The notes under the pieces: model-generated
The model's database searches: none
Told to the model about the DNA's origin: nothing
What the model saw: the letters and a program-made list of their open reading frames with translations, nothing else
Shown: positions 42,136 to 43,950 of the stretch, piece by piece
How positions within the stretch are numbered: the first letter of the stretch is position 1
Layout: each line of letters starts with the position of its first letter
Program-made: the position numbers and the translations under genes
DNA from: Synechococcus sp.
GTDB taxonomy: Bacteria; Cyanobacteriota; Cyanobacteriia; Thermostichales; PCC-7336
NCBI GenBank assembly: GCA_051439605.1
Contig: JBFRWN010000012.1
Coordinates: 1-43,950 of the forward strand
Direction of reading: 5' to 3'
DNA length: 43,950 bases

Positions 42136-42846
42136 CTATGTTGCTGCACTGATGATTCGCACAGCCTCGTGCACATCCTTCGCAGATTGAATGAGATCCA
42201 TGTCCTTCGGGCTAATGGTTCCTTCGGCAATCATGGTTTTCTGGATAAAATCACGCATGTGTTGCCAAAATTCGCCACCCATGGCAACGATCGGGAATGA
42301 ATCCAGCTTTTCCGTCTGGATCAAGGTAATCACCTCAAAAGCTTCATCAAGGGTTCCGAAGCCGCCTGGCATCACGACAAACGCGGATGAATATTTAACC
42401 AGCATGACTTTACGTATAAAGAAGTGCTCGAATTCGATGAAACCATCAAGATAGGGGTTGGGTTTTTGTTCCATCGGTAACCGGATGTTACACCCAAGGC
42501 TTAACCCTCCCGCCTCCTTCGCGCCGCGATTGGCGGCTTCCATTATGCCGGGCCCACCCCCTGTAATGACGGTGTAGCCTTGCTCCGCCAACTTGTGACC
42601 CAGGCCGCGTGCTAACTCGTAATATTCGTGCCCATCAGGGAAACGTGCCGACCCAAATACCGTTACACACGGTCCATCAAAATCAAAGCTCTCAAAGCCG
42701 CGTAAGAACTCCAGGAAAAACTTGACGGCACTCTCCAGATCGGCCTCCCGATTGCGGCGTCCGGAAAGAAAAAGTTTCTCCGCACCTTGGACTTTGCCCA
42801 ATAACGAATACGATTCCTTTTCAGGGGGTAACTGAGCATCACTCAT
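42136..42846 (-). CDS. LOG-family (TIGR00730) nucleotide phosphoribohydrolase
   Basis: VTVFGSAR, TGGGPGIMEAANRGA, EQKPN, FFIRK and PGGFGTLDE; SD AGGAG before ATG 42846. Confidence 0.93.
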   Translation of the reverse strand: MSDAQLPPEKESYSLLGKVQGAEKLFLSGRRNREADLESAVKFFLEFLRGFESFDFDGPCVTVFGSARFPDGHEYYELARGLGHKLAEQGYTVITGGGPGIMEAANRGAKEAGGLSLGCNIRLPMEQKPNPYLDGFIEFEHFFIRKVMLVKYSSAFVVMPGGFGTLDEAFEVITLIQTEKLDSFPIVAMGGEFWQHMRDFIQKTMIAEGTISPKDMDLIQSAKDVHEAVRIISAAT

Positions 42847-43484
42847 AACCGGTATCTCCTGAGTTTGGTTGCCAATTAAAGCAGGACCTTGTCGCACAAC
42901 TTATACATCAGCTCATTCCTCATTACCGGTTCACGCCTTGGCTTAAGTATCACGAGAGTCAGTAATCCGAATGCGGACAGAGAGAATGTTAATAGCGTAC
43001 TTACAATACTGGAAAAATCAAAGCCCTTTTCCGTGAAGCGTGTTCAGAAATAATGGGTTCAGAGAGCAATATTCTCTAATCAATACAGAGATGCAGTTCT
43101 TGTCTTGAAGAACTTATTGAGTCATTCTAAGGGACGGTTTCAGACAAGGCTGATATGAAGAGCGCACGCAATTTTAAATGAATATCTGCCTCAAATTCAG
43201 CTAGAGCTGTTAAGGTTTTTTCTCAACCATCGGACCTTTATGCGTAGTGAGCATCTCGAGAGGGTGGGTAAAAGTCCGGCGGAACTAATGACGGGGCAAC
43301 CGCATCCTCATTGGTTGGAGCTTTTGGGCTTTGAGCGCTTCCGACGCCCAGCCAAATCTCGCGCAGCCTAGCGACCCATTTCTGCGCTTACCGCAGCCAT
43401 CGATAGGTGGCTCGTTTTTGCCTGTTTTGTTACCCAAAATCGAACGTTTTTGACCCAAGCAGGACAATCTATCGGTCTGTCAAC

Positions 43485-43949
43485 TTACGAGCCATCCGAT
43501 GATGCGGCAGCACCCTTGCTACAAAGCTTGGCGATTTCATCCGCGTATTGTTCGGCATTAAGACCCACAACGAGGTGCAATACCCGATCTTGAACCCGCA
43601 TCAGCCCCTTAACACCAGCAGCTTTGAGTGTCTCTTGTTTGAGTGGCTTTGAATCTGACAACTCCACCCGCAGTCGAGTCATAGCCACCGCATTCACACT
43701 GTGAATATTCTCCGCACCCCCCAGGCCCGCAACCATACCGCGCGCTTTTTCCGCAGCCGCCGGATCGGCTGCTACCTGTGGCTGAGTCGGAACTGCAGTC
43801 ATGGATTGTTCGGGAGCGGGGGCAACCACCGCATCCGCCTCGGGACCAGCGGTTTTGAGGTATTCCTCCATATCTGTCTTGAGGTTTTCCGAGCGAGGAC
43901 CAAAGATAGCCTGGGCATTATTTCCCACCTGCAATACCCCCGATGCCCC
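43485..43949 (-). CDS. C-terminal part of a glucose-class PTS permease (EIIB end + second EIIB-like domain), partial
   Basis: GASGVLQVGNNAQAIFGPRSENLKTDMEEYL matches the end of a PtsG-type EIIB. An Ala/Pro linker follows, then GLGGAENI…TRLRVEL…LKAAGVKG…LHLVVG. The frame runs off the window end. Confidence 0.88.
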   Translation of the reverse strand, partial: GASGVLQVGNNAQAIFGPRSENLKTDMEEYLKTAGPEADAVVAPAPEQSMTAVPTQPQVAADPAAAEKARGMVAGLGGAENIHSVNAVAMTRLRVELSDSKPLKQETLKAAGVKGLMRVQDRVLHLVVGLNAEQYADEIAKLCSKGAAASSDGS

Positions 43950-43950
43950 C

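Overview
Cyanobacterial chromosomal DNA, judged from abundant HIP1 octamers (GCGATCGC) and cyanobacterial-type tal, pgi and cysS; the species is not determinable from this window. The left part (1-18 kb) is a mixed region: the end of a PflX-like radical SAM gene, a sulfotransferase, a lone SLATT/DUF4231-like membrane protein, a DUF2934 protein, two convergent MscS genes, a phnE pseudogene, a TauE half-protein, a 2H phosphoesterase resembling the animal Sts-1/UBASH3 domain, cysS, a LysM-M23 peptidase and trmO. It also holds a ~1020-aa multi-TM + TPR + goose-type lysozyme + M15 peptidase fusion and a PIN-PhoH gene. The centre (18.2-36.3 kb) is an 18-kb co-oriented minus-strand glycogen-catabolism/fermentation cluster: pyk-gpmA-glgP-ldhA-gap // xfp-pgi-two His-phosphatases-hypothetical-ackA-eno-hypothetical-tal. 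Its content matches a phosphoketolase (bifid-shunt-like) lactate/acetate route, with no pfk, fba or zwf in the window. The right part carries envelope genes (glycine zipper, HdeA-like, DUF3887, DUF389), an atypical phosphoribulokinase, a LOG-family protein and the 3' end of a glucose-class PTS permease with tandem EIIB domains, which is unusual for a cyanobacterium. No rRNA, tRNA, CRISPR array or intact transposase was seen. All family assignments come from motif recognition, not database searches.
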